Part shown: positions 15,845 to 32,783 of the stretch, piece after piece | Numbering within the stretch: position 1 is the first letter of the stretch | Layout of the letters: each line of letters begins with the position of its first letter | Source of the DNA: the human T2T-CHM13v2.0 reference genome, Homo sapiens | Strand: one strand, 5' to 3' | Assembly (NCBI RefSeq): GCF_009914755.1 | Contig: NC_060947.1 | Length of the DNA: 64,000 bases | Notes under the pieces: generated by a model | Database searches by the model: none | Seen by the model: only the letters and a program-made list of their open reading frames with translations | Told to the model about the DNA's origin: nothing | Program-made: the position numbers and the translations under genes

Positions 15845-18482
15845 CCCTATCAATATTCTGAATTCTGTTTCTATCATTTCAGGCATTTCAGCCTGGTTAA
15901 GAACGCTTTCTGGAGAACTAGTGCTGTCGTTTGGAGGACAGAAGACACTTTGGCCATTTGAGTTACCAGAGTTCTTTCACTGCTTCTTTCTAATCTCTGT
16001 GGATATTCCTTTGTCTTTGGTGTAGATTGAGTACTGTCGGTAGAAATCTGTTCTGGCTTTTTCCAGAGGGCTGAGGCTTTGTGCAGGGTCTTTATTTGTA
16101 GGTGACTTCTTGTCTTGGTTTCACAGGCAGTAAGTTAGCAAAGTATTTTTGGTGTGTAAGGTTTGGGGTGTCACCCATTTTATGGCACTTAAGTGTAATG
16201 GTCAGTACGTAGGCTTTTGTTCTGTCATGTGACTCCTCTATATTTTTTCATAGTTGCAGCTGTTCTTCCTATCAATGCTCTGAAATTGTGGGCTTCTCTC
16301 CCACCTGATTGCTGGCTGCAGTTCACAGCTTGGCACTTGCAGGCTGCACATCACAGCTCTGGGGTAATCTCAAAGTTTATGTTCCCTCCTCAACTTGGAG
16401 GCAGCAGAGGAAGACATATTAACAGTGGTTGTGGCCAGGAGTCTATTGCTTTTCTCCTGGGGCTCCACTGCAGGGAGATGTGGAGCTGTAACCAGTCACT
16501 GTGATTGGCCTAGGATGGGGTGCTGTGCTGTGGGCCCCAGCCAAAAAGGGGGACCTGTTTGATGATGAGCAGGTACGTGGTTGGGACCTGTGGGAGACAG
16601 AATGGCCTCTTCTTAGGGTAAATACAGCTTGCTGGAGGTGTAGATAAGGCACTTAGAGTCTTTGCTCCTTTCCCAGTCCAAAGGCAGCAGGGGCAGTATC
16701 ACTAGAGAGGCAGTGGTAGAAGGGCTTTCAGTTGCCCCTGGGAGCTATACCTTTGAGAGAAAAGGAGCCACTGCAATGAGGAGTGTTCATCCAGCTGGTG
16801 GGGTACCTATACTGCTGGCCTGAGCTGGGAGCTCCACTTGTTGAGGAGTTGGGGGTTGGGGGCTCACAGGGAGGAGAGACTGGTCTTCTCTCTGTATGGT
16901 GACTGTGGTGTTCTGTAAGCTCTGCTGTGGCCCTTAGGCTCTTTATTTTTAACCCAGACCAATGGCAATAGGAGCAGAATCACTGCTGTGATAGTGGCAG
17001 AGGTGTTTTTGTTGTCTCTGGAAGCCTCTCCCCACAGAAACGCAAAGCCACTACCAGTGGGTATGCTCAGCCGTGGATGGGGCAGCTGTTATGTGGTCCT
17101 GAGTGAGGGCTCTACCTGGTGGAGAGTGGGGGGTGTGGGCTCCCAATTTGGAGGCACTAGAGTCCTCTCCATGTGGTGGTTGGTGCTGGAGGTGCCAGCA
17201 TAGCAACTAGGCCCTTTGTTCCTTCTCCAGAATGAAGGCAGTTAGGGTGGTACCACTGCAGCTGCAATGATGAAGTTGTGAATTGAGTCTGGGATTTCCT
17301 CATAAGAGAAGTGTTGGCCCACCCCTGATTGAGGTGATCAGGCAGGGGCAGGGTGGTTGCGCTGGAGTCCCAGGTCAGGAGGCTCCACCCAATGAGAAAG
17401 GAGGTCCAGGATCTGTGTGGAGGACAGTCTGGCCACTTTTCTGGGTAGTGGCTGTGCTGTGCTGGGGATCCACACAGCGCCACTTCCCCTTATAACTCTC
17501 CAGAGCCCAGAAGAAGCAAAGTGAAGGCTGTGAAATGGCAAAGACAGCTGCCTGCCCCTCCTTCTGGTAGCACAATCTTAGCGAGATGCAGAGCCTCTGC
17601 CCACCTGAGAACCTGGAAAGGGTGGCTGGAGTCCAAGGTTGGAAGGTCCCATCCAGTGAGGAGAAACAGATAAGAGACCCATGTAAAAAACAGTCTGGCC
17701 ACTTGTCCACAGGGTGGCTGCACTGTGCTGGGGATCCACTCCAGTTCCTATTCACCTTGGACTCGCAAGGGACCAAAGGCAACAGCTGTGAAGACTGTGA
17801 AACAGCAAAGATGACAGCACACCCCTCCTTCTGGTAGCTCCCTCTCAAGGGAGATGCAGAGCTCCTGCTGGCCTGAGAACCCTGGTGGGTGTGGCAGGAG
17901 TCCCTTGTTGGGAGGTCCTGCCCAGTGAGGAGAAACAGGATCAGGGATCCATATAAAATAGTCTGGCTGTTTCACGCTACTCCATAGTCTGGCCATGTTG
18001 TGCTGCGGATCTGCTCTAGTCCCCAATCCCCTTGGACTCTTCAGATCCCAAAGGCAGCAGCAGTGAAGGCCAGGAAACAGCAAAAATGGTAGCCCACCAC
18101 TCCTTCTGGGAGCTCCATTTCGGGGAGTTGCTGTGCTGGTACTGACTGGAGTATACAGTGTGTGGCTGGAATCCTAGTTTAGTGGGTCTTATCCTGCAAG
18201 GTGCCATGGAAGCAAGGCTGCTGAGCACCCTGGACTCAGCCCCTTTCCTGGGAGTGCATAAGAGAGGCTGATCTCCCTCTTTGCTGGAGCTGCAGCGGCT
18301 GTTGCCAGGATGCCCAGGGATCAAGGGCTTTCAGGACTTCATGTGTGTCTGAGTGGCAGTTCTGCCAGGACTCCACGTATCTCTGTCTGACTGAAGGCCC
18401 TGGTGGAGTGGATTCAGGAGGGTATCTCCTGATCTCAGGGTTGCAGCAATCTGTGGAAGAAATATGGGTCCCCAGGGTCTTG
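15845..18482 (-). mobile_element. L1PA13-16/L1P4-type ORF1 start and long 5'UTR
   Basis: Antisense ORF1 N-terminal motif aattctgtttctatcatttcaggcatttcagcctggttaagaac, followed by a GC-richer UTR with monomer repeats. Confidence 0.7.
17363..18200 (-). repeat. About three diverged 265-270 bp tandem monomers in an old L1 5'UTR
   Basis: Anchor ggagtcc/ggaatcc recurs at ~17363, 17627, 17896 and 18167; agtctggc and cccagtgagga-like motifs recur in register. Confidence 0.8.
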
Positions 18483-18834
18483 CAGGAGTGATTAGATTTT
18501 AAAGTCAAAGGTAAATTAAGTGTTGGTGTGACTATTTTGTATAAATAAATTTCAGTTCAGTGAGTGCCCTCTTTCCTGTTCCAAATCTCTGCATGCTCGC
18601 TTCTGCCTTTCCCCATGCCCTTCTCCATTGAATTCTTCTCTGTGATCTGACCCTTTCCTTTGGATCCATTACTACAGCCTGTGCTCATTTTCTCAGGCCC
18701 AGTCCTTGTAATCCAATCTCCTGATAGCACCTACCTGCCTGAGCCTGGCCCCACTATGTACTCTGACTCCACTCTGGCTTCTCACTGTTTACTCTAAGAC
18801 CCTATGACCTAAACTCCACCATTAGTCCAAAGGC

Positions 18835-20826
18835 TCTGGAAGTTCTGGCAAGAGCTATCAAGAAAGAGAAAGAAATAAAGGTATTCAAACAGGAAGAGAG
18901 GAAGTCAAATTGCCTCTGTCTGCAGATGACATGATTGTATATTTAGAAAACCCCATCGTCTCAGCCCAAAAACTCCTTAAGCTGATAAACAGCTTCAGCA
19001 AAGTCTCAGGATACAAAATCAATGTACAAAAATCACAAGCATTCCTATACACCAATAATAGACAAGCAGAGAGCCAAATCATGAGTGAACTCCCATTCAC
19101 AATTGCTATAAAGAAAATAAAATACCAAGAAATACATCTTACAAGGGGCGTGAAGGATCTTTTCAAGGGGAACTACAAACCACTGCTCAAGAAGTAAGAA
19201 AGGACACAAACAAATGGAAAAAAATTCCATGCTCATGGATAGGAAGAATCAATATTGTGAAAATGGCCATACTGCCCAAAGTAATTTATACATTCAATGA
19301 TATTTCAATCAAGCTACCATTGACTTTATTCACAGAACTGGAAAAAAACACTTTAAATTTCATATGGAACCAAAAAAGAGCCTGTAGAGCCAAGACAATC
19401 CTAAGCAAAAAGAACAAAGCTGGAGGCAATGCTACCTGACTTCAAACTATACTGCAAGGCTACAGTAACCAAAACAGCATGGTAATGATACCAAAACAGA
19501 TATATAGACCAATGGAACAGAACAGAGGTTTCAGAAATAAAACCACACATCTACTACCATCTGATCTTTGAAAACCTGACAAAAACAAGCAATGGGGAAA
19601 GGATTCCCTATTTCTGGTGCTGGGAAAACTGGCTAGCCATATGCAGAAAACTGAAACTGGACCCCTTCCTTATATCTTATACAATAATTAACTCAAGATG
19701 GATTAAAGACTTACATGTAAAACCTAAAACCATGAGAACCACAGTAGAAAACCTAGGCACTACCATTCAAGACATAGGCATGGGCAACAACTTCATGAAT
19801 AAAACACCAAAAGCAATTGCAAAAAAGCCAGAATTGACAAATGGGATCTAATTCAACTAAAGAGCTTCTGCTCAGCAAAAGAAACTATCATCAGATTGAA
19901 CAGGGAACCTACAGAATGGGAGAAAATTTTTGGAATCTGTCCATCTGACAAAGGTCTAATATCCAGAATCTAAAAAAAACTCAAACAAATTTACAAGAAA
20001 AAGACAAACAACCCCATCAAAAAGTGGGTGAAGCATATGAACAGACACTCCTCAAAAGAAGACATTTATGTGGCCAACAAACATTTGAAGGACAGCTCAT
20101 CATCACTGGTCATTAGAGAGATGCAAATCAAAACCACAATGAGATACCATCTCATGCCAGTTAGAATGGTGATCATTAGAAAGTTGGGAAACAACAGATC
20201 CTGGTGAGGATGCTGAGAAATAGGAACACTGTTGGTGGGAGTGTAAATTAGTTCAACCATTGTGGAAGACAGTGTGGTGATTCCTCAAGGATCTGGAACA
20301 ATTACTGGGTATATACTCGAAGGATTATAAATTATTCTACTATAAAGACACATGCACATGTATGTTTACTGTAGCACTATTTACACTAGTAAAGACTTGG
20401 AACCAACCAAAATGCCCATTAATTATAGACTGGATAAAGAAAATGTGGCATGTATACAACATGCAATACTATGCAGCCATAAAAAAGAATGAGTTCATGT
20501 CCTTTGCAGGGACATGGATAAAGTTGGAAAACATCATCCTCAGCAAACTAACACAGGAAAAGAAAACCAAACACAGCATGTTCTCACTCATAAGTGGGAG
20601 TTGAACAACGGGGCCTGCTGGGAGGTGGAGTGAAAGGGGAGGGAGAGCATTAGGACAAATACCCAATGAATGCAGGGTTTAAACCTAGATGAAGGGTTGA
20701 TAAGTGCAGCAAACCACCATGGCACATGTATACCTACGTAACAAACGTGCACGTTGTGCACATTTATCCCAGAACTTAAAGTAAAATTTTAAAAATATAC
20801 TTACAAATAAATAAATAAATATAAAA
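18835..20826 (+). mobile_element. 5'-truncated L1 (L1PA8-like), ~2 kb
   Basis: RT remnant [12 protein letters not shown] (18910-19197), small internal deletions near 20297 and 20610, and an (AAAT)n tail. Confidence 0.92.
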
Positions 20827-21154
20827 TCCAACTACAGCTTATTTCAGGAGTCGAGTTACCTGATATGATAATTATTTCTGTAGGATAATTAATGATTTAT
20901 GTTCTTTTTTGGACTCTATCTTCTTTTTCTTAAATTTTATTTTATTATTATTATACTTTAAGTTTTAGGGTACATGTGCACAATATGCAGGTTAGTTACA
21001 TATGTATACATGGGCCATGCTGGTGTGCTGCACCCATTAACTCATCATTTAACATCAGGTATATCTCCTAATGCTATCCATCCCCCCTCCCCCAACCCCA
21101 CAACACTCCCCAGAGTGTGATGTTCCCCTTCCTGTGTCCATGTGTTCTCATTGT

Positions 21155-24982
<3,828 letters not shown>

Positions 24983-25045
24983 TTTGATGTTAGCTGGTTA
25001 TTTTGCTCGTTGGTTGATGCAGTTTCTTCCTAGCCTCAATGGTCT

Positions 25046-26062
25046 TTACAATTTGGCATGATTTTGCAGTGGCTGCTACCGGTTGTTCCTTTCCATGTTT
25101 AGTGCTTCCTTCAGGAGCTCTTTTAGGGCAGGCCTGGTGGTGACAAAATCTCTCAGCATTTGCTTGTCTGTAAAGGATTTTATTTCTCCTTCACTTATGA
25201 AGCTTAGTTTGGTTGGATATGAAATTCTGGGTTGAAAATTCTTTTCTTTAAGAATGTTGAATATTGGCCCCCACTCTCTTCTGGCTTGTAGAGATTCTGC
25301 TGAGAGATTAGCTGTTAGTCTGATGGGCTTCCCTTTGTGGGTAACCCGACCTTTCTCTCTGGCTGCCCTTAACATTTTTTCCTTCATTTCAACTTTGGTG
25401 AATCTGACAATTATGTTTCTTGGAGTTGCTCTCCTCGAGGAGTATCTTTGTGGCGTTCTCTGCATTTCCTGAATCTGAATGTTGGCCTGCCTTGCTAGAC
25501 TGGGGAAGTTCTCCTGGATAATATCCTGCAGAGTGTTTTCCAACTTGGTTCCATTCTCCCCATCATTTTCGGGTACACCAATCAGACGTAGATTTGGTCT
25601 TTTCCCATAGTCCCATATTTCTTGGAGGCTTTTTTCGTTTCTTTTTATTCTTTTTTCTCTAAAATTCCCTTCTTGCTTCGTTTCATTCATTTCATCTTCC
25701 ATCACTGATGCCCTTTCTTCCAGTTGATCACATTGGCTCCTGAGGCTTCTGCATTCTTCATGTAGTTCTCAAGCCTTGGTTTTCAGCTCCATCAGCTCCT
25801 TTAAACACTTCTCTGTATTGGTTATTCTAGTTATACATTCGTCTAAATTTTTTTCAAAGTTTTCAACTTCTTTGCCTTTGGTTTGAATTTCCTCCTGTCG
25901 CTCGGAGTTGTTTGATCGTCTGAAGCCTTCTTCTCTCAACTCGTCAAAGTCATTCTCCATCCAGCTTTGTTCCGTTGCTGGTGAGGAACTGCATTCCTTT
26001 GGAGGAGGAGATGCACTCTGCTTTTTAGAGTTTCCAGTTTTTCTTCTCTGTTTTTCCCCCAT
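25046..26062 (-). pseudogene. L1 ORF1p pseudogene
   Basis: 1017 bp; MGEKQRRKTGNSK start; split into 97-aa and 209-aa pieces by stops. Confidence 0.95.
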
Positions 26063-27096
26063 CTTTGTGGTTTTATCTACTTTTGATCTTTGATGATGGT
26101 GACATACAGGTGGGTTTTTGGTGTGGATGTCCTTTCTGTTTGTTAGTTTTCCTTCTAACAGACAGGACCCTCAGCTGCAGGTCTGTTGGAGTTTGCTAGA
26201 GGTCCACTCCAGACCCTGTTTTCCTGGGTAACAGCAGCGGTGGCTTCAGAACAGCGGATTTTCGTGAATGGCGAATGCTGCTGTCTGATTGTTCCTTTGG
26301 AAGTTTTGTCTCAGAGGAGTACCCGCCTGTGTGAAGTGTCAGTCTTCCCCTACTGGGGGGTGCCTCCCAGTTAGGCTGCTCGGGGTCAGGGATCAGGGAC
26401 CCACTTGAGGAGGCAGTCTGCCCATTCTCAGATCTCCAGCTGCATGCTGGGAGAACCACTACTCTCTTCAAAGCTGTCAAACAGGGACATTTAAGTCTGC
26501 AGAGGTTACTGCTGTCTTTTTGTTTGTCTGTGTCCTGCCCCCAGAGGTGGAGACTACAGAGGCAGGCAGGCCTCCTTGAGCTGTGGTGGGCTCCACCCAG
26601 TTCGAACTTCCCGGCTGCTTTGTTTACCTAAGCAAGCCAGGGCGATGGCGGGTGCCCCTTCCCCAGCCTCGCTGCCGCCTTGCAGTTTGATCTCAGACTG
26701 CTGTGCTAGCAATCAGTGAGACTCCATGGGCGTAGGACCCTCCCAGCCAGGTGTGGGATATAATCTCCTGGTGCGCCGTTTTTTAAGCCCGTCGGAAAAG
26801 CACAGTATTAGGGCGGGAGTGACCCGATTTTCCAGGTGCCGTCTGTCACCCCTTTCTTTGACTAGGAAAGGGAACTCCCTGACCCCTTGTGCTTCCCGAG
26901 TGAGGCAATGCCTCCCACTGCTTTGGCTCATGCACGGTGCACTGCACCCACTGTCCTGTGCCCACTGTCTGGCACTCCCTAGTGAGATGAACCTGGTATC
27001 TCAGATGGAAATGCTGAAATCACCCGTCTTCTGTGTTGCTCATGCTGGGAGCTGTAGACCAGAGCTGTTCCTATTCAGCCATCTTGGCTGCTTCTC
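26063..27096 (-). promoter_or_regulatory. L1 5'UTR promoter; antisense promoter points toward higher coordinates
   Basis: YY1 motif gccatcttgg at 27078-27087; several CpGs retained; 129-bp segment at ~26190-26318; ORF0 ATG at 26645 stops at codon 25. Confidence 0.8.
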
Positions 27097-27749
27097 TGGA
27101 CTTTATCTTCTTGCATATGTTTGTACAATAATTTTTTTTTCTTCATCCTTGTGGTACTTATTCATCTGAGCTGGCTCCACTGTCCAAATGCTTCTGCTTT
27201 TTGTTTTTCTTTTGTAGCATAGGTTTTTTGCTTTTGCTTTTACCTTAGGATTTCCCTAGGGAGTTAACAGGGATTTTCATTTTGTTCTGCTTTTGCAGTA
27301 TGGATCAAACTTTGGCTTATGATGCTAATGTGTGAAGAGAAAAAATTATCCAAAGCAGATGAGCTTTAATGAACAAATGTGTATTTTGTGTGAATTTGAC
27401 TAGGGTGCATGTGGTTTTTGTTTTTTGGGTGGTTTTTTGTAATTAATATGAATAAAGTGCCGTTCTCATAAATGTAATCACTTAAGAACACTACTACTCA
27501 TTCTTGAAAAGGTAGAAATGTAAAATTTAGAAAAAAAACTAAGGTGGGGACTAGAGCCATGAGAAGAATGTTTACTATCAAGTTCATTGATTCTTTTGGA
27601 TTTGGAACTTGGCTTTGTTTTTCAATAGTGACAATAATGGCTCAGTTCTAGGAAAGTTCTGGAAGATACTGATAATTTTAGTTTAAAATGAAAATCTCAT
27701 GTTTCTGTGTTTTATCATCTTCAATAAGACTTCTTAAGTGTTTTGGAAA

Positions 27750-27751
<2 letters not shown>

Positions 27752-27801
<50 letters not shown>
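27752..27801. repeat. (AC)25 microsatellite
   Basis: Perfect dinucleotide run. Confidence 0.98.
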
Positions 27802-27804
<3 letters not shown>

Positions 27805-28549
27805 TCATTCTCCCTTTTACTTACCTTTACAGTTTCTTCAAGACCTTTTCCATTTTATGCCAATATTCACTAGTTGAGTTATTTTTTGTCTCTCTACACT
27901 ATAATATCCATAAGAAAAGGAACTCTACACATGTGCTTATGATGTAGTAATATTTTAAATATCAGCTCAACAAAGATTTGTGTAACAAAAGAATGAATCA
28001 AGTGTAGCATTGATAAGAACTGCCAAGAAATTTCAAAGGGAAATTTATTGAGGGACATTTGAGAAATCAGTAAAACTTGTTCTCTATGTTCTCGATCTTT
28101 CAAATGAGTGGTCCTTAGATGGTTTGGAATTTGGCTGTTTTTAATAATACCTTTAAGATAACACCTGCTTTAGTTGTAACTTTGCCTAACTAAACATTAT
28201 CACATTTTAAACATTCTATCGAATCCATGTGGATTTCAGAAAGTGCTTAGTTAAATGTTTTTCTTTAAATACAGATCAAACATATCCATGCAAAATCATT
28301 TTGCGGCCTTGTTACCAAATGCTTATTTTCGCTGATCACCGCCCCAAATTGTATCAAAGATACTTAAATGTAACTGTATTTCTTATTGTATATTAAATTT
28401 TTACAATAAATATTTAATAGATTTTGAAATTTTGCTTTTAAAATTATTTTGCTGAATATAACTCATTAAGTAATATGATTGGGTATTTCATCATGCAATA
28501 TTTGGTAAACATTAACAATGTTTTTGTTTTCCTGAAATTCAAATTAATT

Positions 28550-28720
28550 TTTTTCACATACCATATTGTTTCATCTTGGAAAATCTTTGTGATGTCAGTG
28601 GATAGATTTCCTTAATTTTTCAGAAAGAAAAAAGAAACAGGTTCAGTAAGGTTAAGTGGCTTCCCCAATGTTACAGAGTAACCCAGATATAATCTCTCTC
28701 TTCATGAACTTCCTACCATT
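28550..28720. mobile_element. MIR fragment
   Basis: MIR core-like gaaacaggttcagtaaggttaagtggcttccccaatgttacag. Confidence 0.55.
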
Positions 28721-29182
28721 GTCAAATAATCAATTGTTATTTGCAAATAGCATTTTCTCCCATCAGATTACAAAAATAATACATTCTTCAGAAAATTTGG
28801 AAAATATGTTAGCACTCAGAATAACATAAAAGGCCCACATCTAATAATACAGAGATAAACTTTCCATATATTAGACTTTTATGAATATATTTTACTTAAG
28901 TAAATTGGTTTCAATGTTGATTTATTAACATATAAAATAAAATAATTTCCATATCCTTATCCTTTTTCAACATGAGTTCTAGTGATGATGTGATATTCTA
29001 ACCATAATTTTTAAAAGTAACTTTTCAGTTATTGTGAATGAATATTGTAAAAATACCCTGAAAAAGGCATTCATATTTTTATTGCTTCTTAATGCCACTA
29101 ACAAATATTCTTTAGCAATGCAACAGTTTAACTTCCTATCATTATTGTATGACATGGCCTTCATCAATACTAGTTACCATCA

Positions 29183-32100
29183 TTTTTTAAACTTTTATTT
29201 TAGGTTCAGGGGTGCATGTGCAGGTTTGTTATATAGGTAAATTGTGTGTAACAGAAGTTTGATGTACAGAGTATCTCATCACCCAGGTAATAAGCATAGT
29301 ACCTGATGATAGGTAGTTTGTTGGTCCTCATCCTCCTCCCTTCCTTCCACCCTTAAGTAGGCCCTGGTGCCTGTTGTTCCCTTCTTTGTGTCCAAATGCA
29401 CAAAGTGTTTAGCTCCCACTTATAAGTGAGAATATGTGATATTTGGCTTTGTTTTCCTGCTTTGGTTTGCTTAGGATAATGGCCTCCAGCCCCATCCATA
29501 TTCCTGCAAAGAGCATGATTTTGTTCTTTTTTATGGCTGTGTAGTATTCCATGGTGTATATGTACCACATTTTCTTTAACCAGTTTACCATTGATGGCAA
29601 TTAGGTTGATTCAATGTCTTTGCTATTGTGAATAGTGCTGTGATGAACATACGCATGCATGTGTCTTTTTGGTAGTATTACTTATTTTCCTTTGCCTATG
29701 TACCCCGTAATGGGATTGCTGGGTAGGGTGGTAGTTGTGTTTTAAGTTCTTTGAGAAATTTCCAATCTGCTTTCCACAATGGCTGAACTAATTTACATTC
29801 CCACCAGCAGTGTGTAAGAATTCCCTTTTCTCAACAAACTTGCCAGCATCTGTTCTTCTTTGATTTTTTAAAATAATAGTCATTCAGACTGGTGTGAGAT
29901 GGTATCACATTGTGGTTTTGATTTTCATTTCTCTAATTTTTAGTGATGCTGATAATTTTTTCATATGCTTGTTGGCTGTGTATATGTCTTCTTTTGAAAA
30001 GTGTATGTTCATGTCATTTGCCTGTTTTTTAATGGGGTTGTTTTTTGCTTCTTAATTGGTTTAAGTTCCTAATAAATTCTGGATATTAGACATTTGTCAG
30101 ATGCAAATATTGCAAATATTTTCTACCATTCTATAGGTTGCCTGTTTACTCTCTTGATAGTTTATTTTGCTGCACAGAAGCTCTTAAGTTTAATTAGATA
30201 CCCTTTGTCAATTTTTGCTTTTGTTGCAATTCCCTTTGGCATCTTTGTCATGAAATATTTGCCCATTCCTATGTCCAGCATGGTGTTGTCTAGGTTGTCT
30301 TCAGAAGTGTTTATAGTTTTAGGTTTTACAACTCTTTAATCCATCTTGAGTTGCTCTGTCGAAGGTCAGATGGTTTTAGGTGTGTGGCATTATTTCTGAG
30401 CTCTCCATTCTGTTCCTTTGGTCTATGTGTCTGTGTCTGTACTAGTGCCGTGCTATTTTGATTACTGTAGCCTTGTAGTATAGTTTGAAGTTGGGTAATG
30501 TGATGCCTCTAGCTTTGTTCTTTTTGTTTAGGATTGCCTTGATTGTTTGGGCTCTTTTTTGGTTCCATATGAATTTTAAAATAGTTATTTTCTAGTTCTG
30601 TGAATAACATCATTGGCAGTTTGATAAATACAGCATTGAATATGTAAATTGCTTTGGGCAGTGTTGCCATTTTATCAATATTGATTTTTTCCATCCATGA
30701 ACATGGAATGTTTTTCCATTTGTTTCTGTCATCTATGATTTATTTGAGTAGTGTTTTATAAGTCTCATTAGTAGAGATCTTTCATCTACCTGGTTAGCTG
30801 AATTCCTAGGTATTTTATTCTTTTTGTGGCTACTATGAATGGGATTACACTATTGATTTGGCTCCCATCTTTGATGATGTGTGTGTGTGTATAGATATTA
30901 TTTTTGTACATTGATTTTGTATCATGAAACTTTTCTGAAGTTGTTTATCAGATCATGGAGCTTTCGGGCCGAGACTAGGTATTTTCTAGGTACAGAATCC
31001 TATTGTCTGCAAACAGGGATATGTTGACTTCCTCTCTTCCTGTTTGGGTGCCTTTCATTTCTTTTTCTTGCCTGATTGCTCTGGTCAGGACACCCAGTAC
31101 TATGTTGAATAGGAGTGATGAGGGAGGACATACTTATATTGTTTAAGTTTTCAAAAGGAATGCTTCCAACTTTTGTCCACCCAGTATGATGGTGGCTGTG
31201 GGTTTGTCATACACGGCTCTTGTTATTTTGAGGTATGTTCCTTCAATGCCTAGTTTTTTATGGGTTTTTAATATAGAAGGATATTGAATTTTATCGAAAG
31301 CCTTTTTCTGCATCTATTGAGATAATCACGTGGTTTTTGTTTTTTGTTCTGTTCATGTTGTGAATCACATTTATTAGTTTGTGTATGTTGAACCAATCTT
31401 GCATCCCAGGGTTAAAGCCTAGTTTACCATGGTGGATTATCTTTTTGATGTCTTGTTGGATTCTGTTTATTAGTATTTTGCTGAGTATTTTTGCATCAGT
31501 GTTCATCAAGCGTACTGGCTTGAAGTTTTCTTTTTCTGTTGTGTCTCTGCCAGGTTTTGCTCTCAGGATTATAGCATAGTTTTGCTATGAACTGGCCTCA
31601 TGGAATAAGTTAGAGAAGAGTTCCTGCTCCACAATTTTAAGGGATAGTTTCAGTAGGAATTGTACCAGCTCTTCTTTATGGATCTGGTAGAATTTGGCTG
31701 TGAATCCACTTGGTCCTAGAATTTTCTGGTTGGCAGGCTTTTTATTAGTGGTTGAATTTTGTAATTCATTACTGGTCTGTTCAGGGACTAAATAATCTTT
31801 CTGGTTAAAACTTGGAGAGTTATATTATCCCAGCAATTTATCCATTTCTTCTATGTTTTCTAGTTTGTGTGCATAGAAGTATTTATAGTAGTAGTGTCTG
31901 AGGGTTTTTCTGTATTTCTGTGGGGTCAGTGGTAACATCCCCTTTGTCATTTCTGATTGTGTTTAATTGGATCTTCTCTCTTTTTTCTTTTTAGCTACCT
32001 ATCTATCTTATTAATTATTTTCAAAGACAAACTCCTCGAGTAGTTGTTCTTTTGTATGGTTTTCACATCTCAATTTCCTTCAGTTCAGCTATAATTTTGT

Positions 32101-32452
32101 TAATTTCTTGTCTTCTGCTACCTTTAGGGTTGGTTTGCTCTTGTTTCTCTAGTTGTGATGTTATGTTGGTAATTTGAGACCTCTGTAACTTTTTGATGTA
32201 GACATTTAGTACTAAGAATTTCCTGCTTAACACTGTGTTAGCTGTGTTTCATAGATTCCAGTATGCTGTGTCTTTGTTTCATTAGTTTCAAAGAATTTAT
32301 TGATTTATATCTTAATTTTGTTATTTAACCAAAAGTCATTCATGAGCAGGCTGTTTAATTTCCATTTAGTTGCATGGTTTTGAGCAATTTTCTTCCCATA
32401 TTGAGCTTTATTATTATTGCACTGTGGTCCAAGAGTATGGCTGGTATGATTT
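29183..32452 (-). mobile_element. 5'-truncated older L1 (L1PA15/16-like)
   Basis: T tail, 3'UTR ggttcaggggtgcatgtgcaggtttgttatatagg, ORF2 remnants 31291-31509 and 32305-32490; internal deletion near 30355. Confidence 0.92.
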
Positions 32453-32783
32453 AGAGACTCTGAAACTGAGAAAAGGGCAGGAGACCCCAACCTCCTCTCT
32501 GGAGACTGGGCAATAGGGGGATAATAAAATCCAAGGATTGTGGGAAAAACTCAAGTATAATCCAGGCATATGCCGCTCTTAGAGATAAGCCTGATCTAAA
32601 GTAGTAGTTTAGAATATGTTATTGTTATTTGTGAGAAGCAGCTGTACTCATTATATGGGAAAAATTGATCTTTGACAGAGACAGCAATTCCATACAAGAT
32701 GAAAGTAAAACAAAGTTCTACTCAAGGGAGATAGTCTTCCAAAAATTTTACAAAAAAAAAAAAAAAAACCTAAGTAAATGCTT

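Noticed and set aside
17363-18200. Periodic repeats as a CRISPR-like array
   Set aside because: Units are ~267-bp diverged monomers homologous along their length, without unique spacers or cas genes, inside an L1 5'UTR.
17157-18508. Dense overlapping ORFs suggesting a gene
   Set aside because: GC-rich L1 UTR sequence yields chance ORFs; no recognisable domain, and many track starts are TTG or GTG.
27688-27947. Thr-His repeat proteins
   Set aside because: Translation artefact of the (AC)25 microsatellite.
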